DNA of 64,000 bases from Candidatus Nitrospinota bacterium M3_3B_026 (GTDB lineage Bacteria; Nitrospinota_A; UBA7883; JBPRGF01), in NCBI GenBank assembly GCA_051418015.1, contig JBPRGF010000003.1, positions 96,001-160,000 of the forward strand, given 5' to 3'. Below are positions 39,121 to 51,207 of the stretch, in pieces; within the stretch, counting starts at the first letter, position 1, and each line of letters begins with the position of its first letter. The notes beneath the pieces are model-generated. The model worked only from the letters and a program-made list of their open reading frames with translations, did not search any database and had not been told where the DNA came from. A program made the translations under genes and the position numbers.

Positions 39121-41067
39121 CTACGGCCTAACAACCCGGACGGAGTGTCCGCCCGACACGAGCCGCGATATGGCCGCCCCGGCGTCCCTTTCGTCCTCGA
39201 AAGCCCCCACCAGAACCAGCGGCTTCCCGTCGTCCGCCTCGAGGATATAGGCGGATATCCCGTCGTCCGCCAGCCGTTTCATCCTGCGGCGCGCCTCGTC
39301 CATGCCATCGGCGGGATCCCCGGCTTGCAGGGCGTATGGCAGCCTCAGTATCCTGGTGTACCTGGAGATGCCTGTTTTTCTTATGCTTGAGGCGAATTTT
39401 TCGGCCTCGCCGGGGCGGCTGAACCGGTCCACGAGCACCCGGTACCACCCATCGCCGCGGCGGACGCCTCCTCCCGCCTCGAAGGCGTTGAATCCTTTCA
39501 TTCTCAGCAGGCGGACCAGCCTTTCCGCCGATTCCCGGCTTTTGTACGAGGCGACATGGGCGACATACACCATGCCCGTCTCCTCCGCTCGCTTCTTATC
39601 CTCGGCCCCGGTCTCATCCACAACCTCCCATCCGTCCCCCGTCCGGGCGAGGCGGACGGTGACAGGGCTCTCCGTCACTCCGCCGCCGGAGGCCTCCCTG
39701 CGTGTCAGGGTGGCCTCCACGGATCCGTCGCCGGTCTTTTCAAGCCTCGCGTTTTCAACGTCATACTCCACACCCCCGGCCGCTCCCCGGCGCTCCCGCC
39801 AGCCCGCGAGGGCCGCCAGCACGGCGTCGCGGTAAGGCAGCCTCGCGGCGGGGACTTTCACCTCCACGAGCGGCTTCTCCGCGCCGAGCCGCGCGCCGCC
39901 GGGGGAGGAGGGAGCGGACGGCCCGGCCGAGGCTGCCGCCTTCCCCCCGCCGGTCCATTCGGGCCACTGGGAGTTTATTATCCTCGCCGCCTTTGCCCTG
40001 GTCATGGCTGCTGCGGTTTCGTTAACCCTTGAAAAATCAAGCGTAACCCCCCTTCTCAGGCCGTGGATGTTGCCCTTTATGAAAACGTCCGGGTTCTCCT
40101 TCCACAACGCCACGACCACCTGGTCCAGATCCCCCCGCTTCGCGCCGAGCCGCCGGGCGATCCTGTAAAGCGAGTCGCCGCGTTTTACGGTGTATACGTT
40201 TTTCGAAAGGTCTGAGTGGACCGGAATCGCCCCACCGGCTGGTTTTTCAGCCTCTTGCACAGGCTCGACGCGCTCCGGGGCCGGTTTTTCGGCAATTTCC
40301 CGCTCAGGCTCGGGGGCAGGCTCTTCGGCGGGTTCTTCGGCGGCCATGGCCGGGGCCGGTTTTTCGGGCGCTGGCGCGGGTTCCGGCTCGGGTTTTTCGT
40401 GGATCTCCTTTTCAGGCTCAGGTTTTTCAGCCTTTTCCATCATCTTGCCAGGCAGCGCCTCTTCACGCAGCATGGCGCGGGTCGTCTCCTCCCGCCGCTC
40501 GGCCTGCTCCTCTTCCTCTCGTATCTTCTCAAGCAGCGATGTTTTGTCCTCCTCCTCCTCGGAGGCTTTTATGGCCGCCAGCTCCCGCGCGGCCTTTTCC
40601 ACGGCCTCCGCTTCCTCTTCCGGCGGCAGCTCCAGAGAAAGCTCCTTCTGGAAATCCATGGCGAGAAAATAGTTCTCCAGGATCGTCCCGCCGCCCAGGG
40701 AGGCTTTCAGGACAAGGTTGAAGGAGGGCAGGTTGACGGGCTCGGAGCTTGTTACCCGGATAAGCTTGACGTCCGGGTCGGAAGGATGATCGGTGATACG
40801 CAGGGAGAGGCTGTCGATTATCTCCGGGCGGCTCAGGCCAAGCCGCCGGTAGTCCGCCGCGCCCCCCACGGTCACGAAAAGACCCTCGCGCCCGCCGGTC
40901 TGGACCGTCGTCACCGCCTCAAACCGCCCTCCGGGGCCGCCGGTCACCTGTATCCGCCCGAGGGAGAAAGACTCCGCCGCCGGAACGAAAAGGAAAAAGA
41001 CAACGGCGGCAAACGCCGCGGCGGCGCCCGCCGTCCTGATCTTTGCTGCTGGCGCGGTTCTTGTCAT
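39121..41067 (-). CDS. FimV-like protein with LysM and SPOR domains
   Basis: Signal peptide, SLGRIQV FimV-like N-terminus, YTVKRGDSLYRIA...NPDVF..GNI, Pro/Glu linker, WYRV and VLVGAF SPOR motifs. Confidence 0.75.
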   Translation of the reverse strand: MTRTAPAAKIRTAGAAAAFAAVVFFLFVPAAESFSLGRIQVTGGPGGRFEAVTTVQTGGREGLFVTVGGAADYRRLGLSRPEIIDSLSLRITDHPSDPDVKLIRVTSSEPVNLPSFNLVLKASLGGGTILENYFLAMDFQKELSLELPPEEEAEAVEKAARELAAIKASEEEEDKTSLLEKIREEEEQAERREETTRAMLREEALPGKMMEKAEKPEPEKEIHEKPEPEPAPAPEKPAPAMAAEEPAEEPAPEPEREIAEKPAPERVEPVQEAEKPAGGAIPVHSDLSKNVYTVKRGDSLYRIARRLGAKRGDLDQVVVALWKENPDVFIKGNIHGLRRGVTLDFSRVNETAAAMTRAKAARIINSQWPEWTGGGKAAASAGPSAPSSPGGARLGAEKPLVEVKVPAARLPYRDAVLAALAGWRERRGAAGGVEYDVENARLEKTGDGSVEATLTRREASGGGVTESPVTVRLARTGDGWEVVDETGAEDKKRAEETGMVYVAHVASYKSRESAERLVRLLRMKGFNAFEAGGGVRRGDGWYRVLVDRFSRPGEAEKFASSIRKTGISRYTRILRLPYALQAGDPADGMDEARRRMKRLADDGISAYILEADDGKPLVLVGAFEDERDAGAAISRLVSGGHSVRVVRP

Positions 41068-41284
41068 ATCCCCCGCCGGGACACAGGTTCAGTCTTTCCA
41101 GTCAAAACGCGGTCCTTGCTCAAAAACCGCGATCATATTTTATAGTCGCGAGGCGATTTTTTCAATATTTATATTTAAGTTTAAACATGCTTATTGGGGC
41201 ATACTTGGTTTTCGCCGTCACGGCGGCGGAATGGAAGAATTTGACTCACTTTCAAACCGGTCCACCGCCGCGCCGTCAAAAAGC

Positions 41285-41313
41285 TTGCCACGCCCGGCGG
41301 CGTCTGGTACATT
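41285..41313 (+). promoter_or_regulatory. Sigma70-type promoter of the pyr operon
   Basis: TTGCCA-N17-TACATT. Confidence 0.5.
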
Positions 41314-41329
41314 TGACCGTGACGGTTGT

Positions 41330-41362
41330 CTCTTTAAATTAGTCCGGCGAGGCTGATAAGAG
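41330..41362 (+). ncRNA. PyrR-binding stem-loop (pyr attenuator)
   Basis: CTTTAA followed by AGTCCGGCGAGGCT, matching ARUCCNGNGAGGYU; closing stem CTCTT/AAGAG. Confidence 0.85.
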
Positions 41363-41387
41363 CGCCGTGGGTAATAATGTTTTGCCC

Positions 41388-41419
41388 CGCGGGGCCCGTC
41401 CCGGGTTCGCGTTTCTGTT
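41388..41419 (+). terminator. Attenuator terminator in the pyr leader
   Basis: CGCGGGGCCCG-TCC-CGGGTTCGCG followed by TTTCTGTT. Confidence 0.55.
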
Positions 41420-41477
41420 CCGCCTCGCCGCAAGCCAGCCGTTGAGGATTTGACAATCTCATATCGGAGGGGACGCC

Positions 41478-42071
41478 TTGCCCAGGGAAGGAAAGGGAAA
41501 AAAGGAGACCGGCGGCTCCCCCAGCGTGATCCTCACCTCCGTCAAGATGCGCCAGATAATAAAGCGGATGGCGCACGAGATCGTGGAGAGAAACAAGGAC
41601 CTGAACGATCTTGTCATCGTGGGGATAGTCACCCGCGGCGGCGTTCTGGCCCGGCGGATCGCGAAGGAATTGAAAAGAATCGCGAAAGTAGACGTCCCCG
41701 CCGGAGCGCTGGACCCCACCCTGTACAGGGACGATTTCAAGAGCAGGGGGGCCGTCCTGAAAGCGGGGGAGACGACGATCCCGGCGCCGGTGGAGGGAAA
41801 GACGGTTCTTTTGGTGGACGATGTGCTTTTCACCGGGCGCACGATAAACGCCGCCATAACCCATCTTTTCGATCTTGGCAGGCCCAGGGAGGTGCAACTG
41901 GCCGTGCTGATCGACCGGGGCCACCGCGAGCTTCCCATCCGGCCGGACTACTGCGGCAAGAACGTCCCCACCCAGTACGTGGAGAAGGTGCGCGTCCGCT
42001 TCAAGGAGAGCGACGGCAAGGACATCGTGTGGAGCGGCCTGGGCGGCCACGGCGGAAGCGGATCGAAATGA
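41478..42071 (+). CDS. pyrR: Pyrimidine operon regulator / uracil phosphoribosyltransferase
   Basis: RMAHEIVE, GIVTRG, LYRDD, LVDDVLFTGRT and DRGHRELPI motifs. Confidence 0.96.
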   Translation: MPREGKGKKETGGSPSVILTSVKMRQIIKRMAHEIVERNKDLNDLVIVGIVTRGGVLARRIAKELKRIAKVDVPAGALDPTLYRDDFKSRGAVLKAGETTIPAPVEGKTVLLVDDVLFTGRTINAAITHLFDLGRPREVQLAVLIDRGHRELPIRPDYCGKNVPTQYVEKVRVRFKESDGKDIVWSGLGGHGGSGSK

Positions 42072-43030
42072 CCGGCGCCGCCGAAAAGGGCCTGGCCGGG
42101 CGCGGAATCCTGTCCATGGAGGACCTGTCCGCCGGGGATATAGGGGCCATCCTGGAGACCGCCGCGGCCATGAGGCAGATATCGGAGCGCGACGTCAAGA
42201 AGACGCCCACCCTGCGGGGCCGGACGGTCATAAACCTTTTCCTGGAGCCCTCCACCAGGACGCGGACGAGCTTCGAGATCGCCGGGAAACGACTCTCCGC
42301 CGACGTGATAAACATATCCGGCGCGGGCTCTTCGGTATCCAAGGGCGAGTCGCTGAAAGACATGGCCGCCACGCTCACGTCCATGAGGCCGGACCTGCTG
42401 GTGATAAGAAGCCCCTTCGCCGGGGCGCCCGCCATGGCGGCGGAGTGGACGGGCCTGCCGGTGGTCAACGCGGGGGACGGAAGAAGCGAGCACCCCACCC
42501 AGAGCCTGCTCGACCTGATGACCATAAAAGAACGCAAGGGAGGGCTCGACGGGCTGGCGGTCTCGATCGTGGGGGACATAGCCAACAGCCGCGTGGCCCG
42601 CTCTAACATGATCGCCATGAAGAAGATGGGGATGACCGTCACCATCTGCGGCCCGGCGACGCTGCTGCCGCCGGACGCCGAAAAGATGGCGGACAGGGTA
42701 ACCACGAGCCTTGCCGAGGCGGCGCGTGGCGCGGACGTCATCATGGCCCTTCGCATACAAAAGGAGAGGCTCGCCGGAACGGAGTTCCCCTCCCTGCGGG
42801 AATACGCGAGGCTTTTCCTCCTGACGCCCGAAGTCCTGGGATTGGCGAAAAAGGACGCCATCATCATGCACCCGGGGCCGATCAACCGGGGGGTGGAGAT
42901 ATCCCCGGAGGCCGCCGACGGGCCCTGGTCGGTCATCCTCGGCCAGGTGACCAACGGCGTGGCCGTCCGCATGGCGGTTCTATACCTGCTGCTCGGCGGC
43001 GCCATCGGCTTGGAGGGGGGGAGGGAATGA
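42068..43030 (+). CDS. pyrB: Aspartate carbamoyltransferase
   Basis: STRTRTSF, KGESL, NAGDG..EHPTQ and MHPGP.NRG motifs. Confidence 0.97.
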   Translation: MTGAAEKGLAGRGILSMEDLSAGDIGAILETAAAMRQISERDVKKTPTLRGRTVINLFLEPSTRTRTSFEIAGKRLSADVINISGAGSSVSKGESLKDMAATLTSMRPDLLVIRSPFAGAPAMAAEWTGLPVVNAGDGRSEHPTQSLLDLMTIKERKGGLDGLAVSIVGDIANSRVARSNMIAMKKMGMTVTICGPATLLPPDAEKMADRVTTSLAEAARGADVIMALRIQKERLAGTEFPSLREYARLFLLTPEVLGLAKKDAIIMHPGPINRGVEISPEAADGPWSVILGQVTNGVAVRMAVLYLLLGGAIGLEGGRE

Positions 43031-43042
43031 GGTTTTCAGACA

Positions 43043-43153
43043 CCCTCCTTTACAAGGAGGGGCGGCGGCGAAGCCGCCGGGAAGGTGATTCTTGCTTAGT
43101 ACTTCCGGTTACCCCCTCGGCCCTTCGGGCCACTCCCCCTTATAAAGGAGGAG
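43043..43153. repeat. REP-like doublet (two-hairpin variant related to family A)
   Basis: CCCTCCTT-TAC-AAGGAGGG plus CGGCGGCGAAGCCGCCG; inverted partner ACCCCCTCGGCCCTTCGGGCCACTCCCCCTTATAAAGGAGGAG. Confidence 0.6.
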
Positions 43154-43212
43154 AAAGTGAAGAAGGAAAAACGCGCAAGAGGCGCCGACCCCGGAAAGGC
43201 CATTTTTAACCG

Positions 43213-44505
43213 ATGAGCGATCTGCTGATTAAAAACGGACGGGTGATCGACCCGGCCAACGGCATCGACGGCGTGATGGACGTTCTCATCGAAAAGGGCA
43301 GGATCGCCGTGGTGGACAAGGACATTCCGGCGGAAGACCGCAAGGTGATAGACGCCTCGGGCAAGTGGGTGACGCCGGGGCTTGTCGACATCCACGTCCA
43401 CCTGCGCGAGCCGGGACAGGAGCATAAGGAGACGATCGAGACCGGAACACGCGCCGCCGCGGCGGCGGGGTTCACCTCCATCGCCTGCATGGCCAACACG
43501 GATCCGGTGAACGACAACGCCTCGGTGACGGACTACATCCTGGAGACCGCCAGGGCGAAGGGGGCCGTCAACGTCCATGTCATAGGCGCGGTGACACAAG
43601 GGCTTGCCGGCGAGCGGTTGGCCGACATCGGCGAGATGGCCGAACGGGGCGCGGTGGCCGTATCCGACGACGGGCGGGCCGTCATGAACGGTTACGTGTT
43701 GAGGCGCGCCATGGAGTACGCCTCCATGTTCGGGCTCGTGGTGATAGAGCACGCCGAGGACCACGCCCTCGCCGCCGGGGGGGTGATGAACGAGGGGGAG
43801 GTCTCCGCGAGGCTGGGTCTGCGGGGCAGGCCCGCGGCGGCGGAGGATATCATCGTGGCCCGGGACGCCGCCGTCGCGGAGTACCTGGGCGCGCCCATAC
43901 ACATTGCCCACGTCTCCACCGCCGGGGCCGTACAGATCATACGAGGGGCGAAGGAGCGCGGCGTCCAGATCACCGCCGAGGCGGCGCCGCATCATTTCAC
44001 CCTGACCGACGAAGCCTGCCTGGGGTATGACACGATGGCGAAGGTGGCGCCGCCGCTGCGGACGGCCGAGGACGTGGAGGCGATCCGGGCGGGGCTGGCC
44101 GACGGGACGATCGACCTCATCGCCACCGACCACGCCCCCCACAACGTGGCCGACAAAGAGACGGAGTTCGACAATGCCGCGTTCGGCATATCCGGGCTGG
44201 AGACGGCGCTTGCCCTGTCGCTCGCTCTTGTCCGGGACGGGACGCTCACGCCGTCCGCCCTCATCGAGGCGATGACGGTGAAACCGGCTGGTATCATCGG
44301 GATCGACCGGGGTTCGCTTTCGCCGGGGGCGGCGGCGGATATAACGATCATGGACCCGGAGGCCGAATGGGTGGTCGATCCCGCGAAATTTTTCTCCAGG
44401 GGCAAAAACACTCCCTTCGCCGGGCGCGCGGTGAAAGGCAGGGCGGCTATGACCATCGTCAAAGGAAAGGTGGTCCACGAAATCAAGGGTGAAAAACGTG
44501 GCTGA
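43213..44505 (+). CDS. pyrC: Dihydroorotase
   Basis: [17 protein letters not shown] and IATDHAPH motifs. Confidence 0.96.
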   Translation: MSDLLIKNGRVIDPANGIDGVMDVLIEKGRIAVVDKDIPAEDRKVIDASGKWVTPGLVDIHVHLREPGQEHKETIETGTRAAAAAGFTSIACMANTDPVNDNASVTDYILETARAKGAVNVHVIGAVTQGLAGERLADIGEMAERGAVAVSDDGRAVMNGYVLRRAMEYASMFGLVVIEHAEDHALAAGGVMNEGEVSARLGLRGRPAAAEDIIVARDAAVAEYLGAPIHIAHVSTAGAVQIIRGAKERGVQITAEAAPHHFTLTDEACLGYDTMAKVAPPLRTAEDVEAIRAGLADGTIDLIATDHAPHNVADKETEFDNAAFGISGLETALALSLALVRDGTLTPSALIEAMTVKPAGIIGIDRGSLSPGAAADITIMDPEAEWVVDPAKFFSRGKNTPFAGRAVKGRAAMTIVKGKVVHEIKGEKRG

Positions 44506-45610
44506 CGCGTATCTTGTCCTGAAAGACGGCCGCGTGTTCCGCGGGGAGCCGCTCGGCGCCGTCGGGGAGACGGAGGGCGAGATCGTCTTCAACACCTCCA
44601 TGACCGGCTACCAGGAGATCCTCACCGACCCGTCCTACGAGGGGCAGATCGTCACCATGACGTATCCGCTGATCGGCAACTACGGCGTGAACGCCGAGGA
44701 CGACGAGTCCCGCCGAATCTTCGCCGAGGGGTTCATCGTAAAGGAGGAGAGCGCCATAGCCTCCAGCTGGCGGAGCGGCGGCTCGCTGGGCGATTACCTG
44801 CGCGAGCGCGGCGTGGTGGGGATACAGGGGATCGACACCCGCGCGCTGACAAAGCACATCCGCGAGCATGGCGCCATGCCGGGGATCATAAGCTCCGTGG
44901 AGCGCGCGGACGTAGGCGAGCTTGCCGAGCGAGCCTCGAAACTTTCCGGGACGGAAGGGATCGACCTCGTCTCGAAGGTGACCTGCCAGGGGCCTTACGA
45001 GTGGAACGAGGGGTTGTGGGAGCTTGGCGAAGGTTTCCAGGCTCGCGAAGGGCGGCATCGCGTCGTGGCGGTCGACCTGGGGATCAAGCGCAATATCCTG
45101 CGAAACCTCGTGGACGCGGGGCTTGAAGTCACCGTTGTCCCGGCGGACGCTTCGGCGGAGGAGATTTTAGGGCGCGATCCCGATGGCGTTTTTTTGAGCA
45201 ACGGGCCGGGCGACCCCGCGGCGGCGCCATACGCGGCGCGGACCGTGGCCGCGCTGATCGGGAAAAAACCGATATTCGGCATCTGTCTTGGCCACCAGAT
45301 ACTGGCGCTGGCATTGGGCGCGAAGACGTACAAGTTGAAATTCGGCCATCACGGCGGCAACCAGCCTGTCATGGACCTTGAGACGGGCAAGGTGGAGATC
45401 ACCGCGCAGAACCACAACTACGCCGTGGACGAAGCCAGCCTGCCCGGCGGCGTCGAGCTTACACACGTTAACCTGAACGACCGCACGGTCGAGGGGATAA
45501 AAAGCGATGAGAAGCGGTTGTTCTCCATTCAGTATCACCCCGAAGCCGCCCCCGGGCCTCATGATTCCGCGTATTTGTTCAGGAGATTCGCGGAGATGAT
45601 GGAGGGGTGA
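44498..45610 (+). CDS. carA: Carbamoyl-phosphate synthase small subunit
   Basis: [24 protein letters not shown] and QYHPEA motifs. Confidence 0.98.
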   Translation: MADAYLVLKDGRVFRGEPLGAVGETEGEIVFNTSMTGYQEILTDPSYEGQIVTMTYPLIGNYGVNAEDDESRRIFAEGFIVKEESAIASSWRSGGSLGDYLRERGVVGIQGIDTRALTKHIREHGAMPGIISSVERADVGELAERASKLSGTEGIDLVSKVTCQGPYEWNEGLWELGEGFQAREGRHRVVAVDLGIKRNILRNLVDAGLEVTVVPADASAEEILGRDPDGVFLSNGPGDPAAAPYAARTVAALIGKKPIFGICLGHQILALALGAKTYKLKFGHHGGNQPVMDLETGKVEITAQNHNYAVDEASLPGGVELTHVNLNDRTVEGIKSDEKRLFSIQYHPEAAPGPHDSAYLFRRFAEMMEG

Positions 45611-45617
45611 GGGGTCG

Positions 45618-45902
45618 ATGTCTAACAAACTTGTTTTCCGCGCTCACGCCGTCTGGCGAATGTCGCAACGAGGTATAAGTGGGCAAGACGTAAGAGAAGC
45701 GCTTGAAAAGGGTGAAACGATAGAAAGCTACCCGGACGACAGCCCTTATCCCAGCCGTCTTGTTCTGGGTTGGATAGGGCATCGCCCGGTTCACGTCGCG
45801 GTGGCGGATAACATGGAAGAAGATGAGATAATCGTAATTACGGCGTATGAGCCGGACGCGGAGCGATGGGAGGAGGGTTTTTCGAGGAGGAAAAAGTCAT
45901 GA
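45618..45902 (+). CDS. DUF4258 putative RNase toxin
   Basis: HA..RM..RGI, IESYPDD.PYPSRLVLG and HV...IIVITAYEPD..W motifs. Confidence 0.82.
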   Translation: MSNKLVFRAHAVWRMSQRGISGQDVREALEKGETIESYPDDSPYPSRLVLGWIGHRPVHVAVADNMEEDEIIVITAYEPDAERWEEGFSRRKKS

Positions 45903-46126
45903 AGTGCGTAATTTGCAAAAGCGGGGAGACAAGGGCGGGCCGGACCACGGTAACCCTCGAGCGCGGCGCCATGACGCTGGTTGTTAAGGGCGTTCCGGCG
46001 AAGGTGTGCGAAAACTGCGGCGAGGACTATTTGGACGAAGAAACCGTAAAAGACCTGGAGGCCATAGCCGACGAAGCCGCCAAGACGGGAGTCCAGGTTG
46101 AAGTCCGCCAGTACGCCGCCGCGTGA
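45899..46126 (+). CDS. YgiT/MqsA-type zinc-finger antitoxin (no HTH)
   Basis: MKCVICK...VPAKVCENCGE; ATGA overlap with the toxin gene. Confidence 0.85.
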   Translation: MKCVICKSGETRAGRTTVTLERGAMTLVVKGVPAKVCENCGEDYLDEETVKDLEAIADEAAKTGVQVEVRQYAAA

Positions 46127-46127
46127 T

Positions 46128-46198
46128 GACGCCGCCTCCGGTTTGAGCGACTCCGCGTATTCGTTCAGGAGATTCGCCGGGATGATGGAGAGGTGAGG
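46128..46198 (+). pseudogene. Duplicated 3' end of carA
   Basis: Aligns without gaps to 45542-45612; the core 46152-46198 matches 45566-45612 at 43 of 47 nt. Confidence 0.85.
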
Positions 46199-46256
46199 AC
46201 AGTCAGGCGATGATATCCTATCCGAGGCATTGCGGGGAAAAAGTTGAGCGTTATAT

Positions 46257-46345
46257 TTTTACACCCTCCCCTTTATCCCCTCCCGTCAAGGGAGGGGATG
46301 CTGGATATCCTTCCCCTTGACGGGGGAGGACTGAGGTGGGGGTGA
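46257..46345. repeat. REP-like doublet, family A, left of DUF559
   Basis: CACCCTCCCCTTTATCCCCTCCCGTCAAGGGAGGGG plus inverted unit CCCTTGACGGGGGAGGACTGAGGTGGGGGTGA. Confidence 0.85.
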
Positions 46346-46346
46346 T

Positions 46347-46694
46347 ATGAAAAACATTCTAAAGAAGTTCGCCCGCGACCTCAGAAAGGAGCCGACAGAG
46401 GCCGAAAGGCGGCTTTGGCGGCGCCTGCGGATGAAACAAATGGATGGAGTGAAGTTCAGAAGACAGCACCCGATCGGGAAATATATCGTGGATTTCATTT
46501 GCCTTGAGAAAAGGCTGATCGTGGAAATCGACGGCGGCCAGCATGGGAAAGAGCGGGGAAGAGAGGACGATAAAATCCGCGATGAATGGTTTTCACTTCG
46601 TGGCTATAAAGTTTTGAGGTTCTGGAACAACGAGGTCATGAAAAATACCGAGGGTGTCTTGGAGACTATCTATAAAGCATGCATGGAAAGATGA
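46347..46694 (+). CDS. DUF559 (Vsr-like PD-(D/E)xK) endonuclease
   Basis: ARDLRK..TEAE..LW, FRRQHPIG.YIVDF.C, EIDGGQH, D..RD and VLRFWNNEV motifs. Confidence 0.92.
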   Translation: MKNILKKFARDLRKEPTEAERRLWRRLRMKQMDGVKFRRQHPIGKYIVDFICLEKRLIVEIDGGQHGKERGREDDKIRDEWFSLRGYKVLRFWNNEVMKNTEGVLETIYKACMER

Positions 46695-46708
46695 GTTTGA
46701 GCTTTAAA

Positions 46709-46830
46709 TTTTACACCCTCCCCTTTATCCCCTCCCGTCAAGGGAGGGGAAAAAAGAGTCCTCCCCCTTGCTGGCGGCTTTTATCCCTTACCCCCTCCCC
46801 CTTGAAGGGGGAGGACTGAGGTGGGGGTGA
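46709..46830. repeat. REP-like doublet, family A, right of DUF559
   Basis: 46709-46750 is identical to 46257-46298 (42 bp); the inverted unit at about 46792-46830 closely matches the left copy. Confidence 0.85.
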
Positions 46831-46843
46831 AGAGGAGGAACTG

Positions 46844-47761
46844 ATGGCGATACCGGATTTTCAAACGTTTCTCTTGCCGTTTCTTCGGTTCGCTTCCGAT
46901 GGTAAGGAGCACACCATGCAGGAGGCGCGGGACGCTCTCGCCAAAGAGTGTAAACTTTCCGAGGCGGATTTGGCGGAGCTTGTTCCAAGTGGTAGACAGA
47001 CCAAGTTCGCCAACCGCGTGGCGTGGTCGAAGGTTTATCTAGGCAGAGCCGGGTTGCTGGACTCGCCTAAGAGGGGCGTTTTCCTGATTTCTGAACGAGG
47101 CAGAAATGTTCTGGAAAAGAAACCGGAACGCATCGACATTAAGTTTCTTATGCAGTTCCCGGAATACCAAAAATTTCGAGAAGCCGGCAAAGAAACGAAA
47201 CCAAAAAAAGTGACCACGGCTCCCGCAGAGCCGGAATCAACCACGCCCGAAGAGACGCTGGAGCAGGCTTACGAGCAGCTACATGAAAAAGTCGCAAATG
47301 AATTGTTAGAGCAAGTGAAAAATTGTTCGCCTTATTTCTTCGAAAAGCTCGTCGTGAACCTTCTTTTGAACATGGGCTACGGCGGATCACGCGAAGACGC
47401 GGGAAGGGCGATAGGGAAAACCGGTGACGAGGGGATAGACGGGATCATCAACGAAGACAAGTTGGGTCTGGACGTTATCTACATACAGGCCAAGCGGTGG
47501 AACGACGCAGTTGTGGGCCGCCGGGAGATCCAACAGTTCGTCGGGGCGTTGAGCGGCAAACAGGCTAAAAAGGGGATTTTCATAACGACATCCGGTTTCT
47601 CGAAAGGGGCCAGGGATTACGCCGAGAAGGTGGACAGCAAAGTTATTTTAATCGACGGGGAACATCTGGCGTCACTGATGATAGATCACAACGTAGGCGT
47701 CTCCACGGTGGACTCATACGAAATAAAGAAAATAGATTCCGACTACTTTTTTGAAGAATAA
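46844..47761 (+). CDS. mrr: Mrr-family type IV restriction endonuclease
   Basis: MAIPDFQ, NRVAW..YL, FFEKLV, DEGIDG, YIQAKRW, KGIFITTS and IDSDYF motifs. Confidence 0.93.
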   Translation: MAIPDFQTFLLPFLRFASDGKEHTMQEARDALAKECKLSEADLAELVPSGRQTKFANRVAWSKVYLGRAGLLDSPKRGVFLISERGRNVLEKKPERIDIKFLMQFPEYQKFREAGKETKPKKVTTAPAEPESTTPEETLEQAYEQLHEKVANELLEQVKNCSPYFFEKLVVNLLLNMGYGGSREDAGRAIGKTGDEGIDGIINEDKLGLDVIYIQAKRWNDAVVGRREIQQFVGALSGKQAKKGIFITTSGFSKGARDYAEKVDSKVILIDGEHLASLMIDHNVGVSTVDSYEIKKIDSDYFFEE

Positions 47762-47817
47762 CAGGATGTTAGAGAACGCTTTTAATTTTCTTCTTTGCAG
47801 GATGGATTTTCAATTAT

Positions 47818-47910
47818 CCCCCCCTGGAGGGAGGGGACAAAGGGGAGGGGGTAAAATCAAGATCATATATTGGACCCCTCACCCCGGCCCTCTCCCTCAA
47901 GGGGAGAGGG
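47818..47910. repeat. REP-like doublet, family A, between mrr and carB
   Basis: GGGAGGGGACAAAGGGGAGGGGG followed by CCCCTCACCCCGGCCCTCTCCC-TCAA-GGGGAGAGGG. Confidence 0.75.
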
Positions 47911-47943
47911 AGCTTTATCCCATAACGTGATATACAACCCAAA

Positions 47944-51177
<3,234 letters not shown>

Positions 51178-51207
51178 AAACCCAGCCCGATTTCAGAGGT
51201 TGAGAAC

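Noticed and set aside
43027..43209. 60-aa ORF between pyrB and pyrC
   Set aside because: It coincides with the REP-like doublet and is probably spurious.
46257..46830. CRISPR-like array suggested by the 42-bp direct repeat
   Set aside because: Only two direct copies, separated by a whole gene; no regular spacers and no cas genes.
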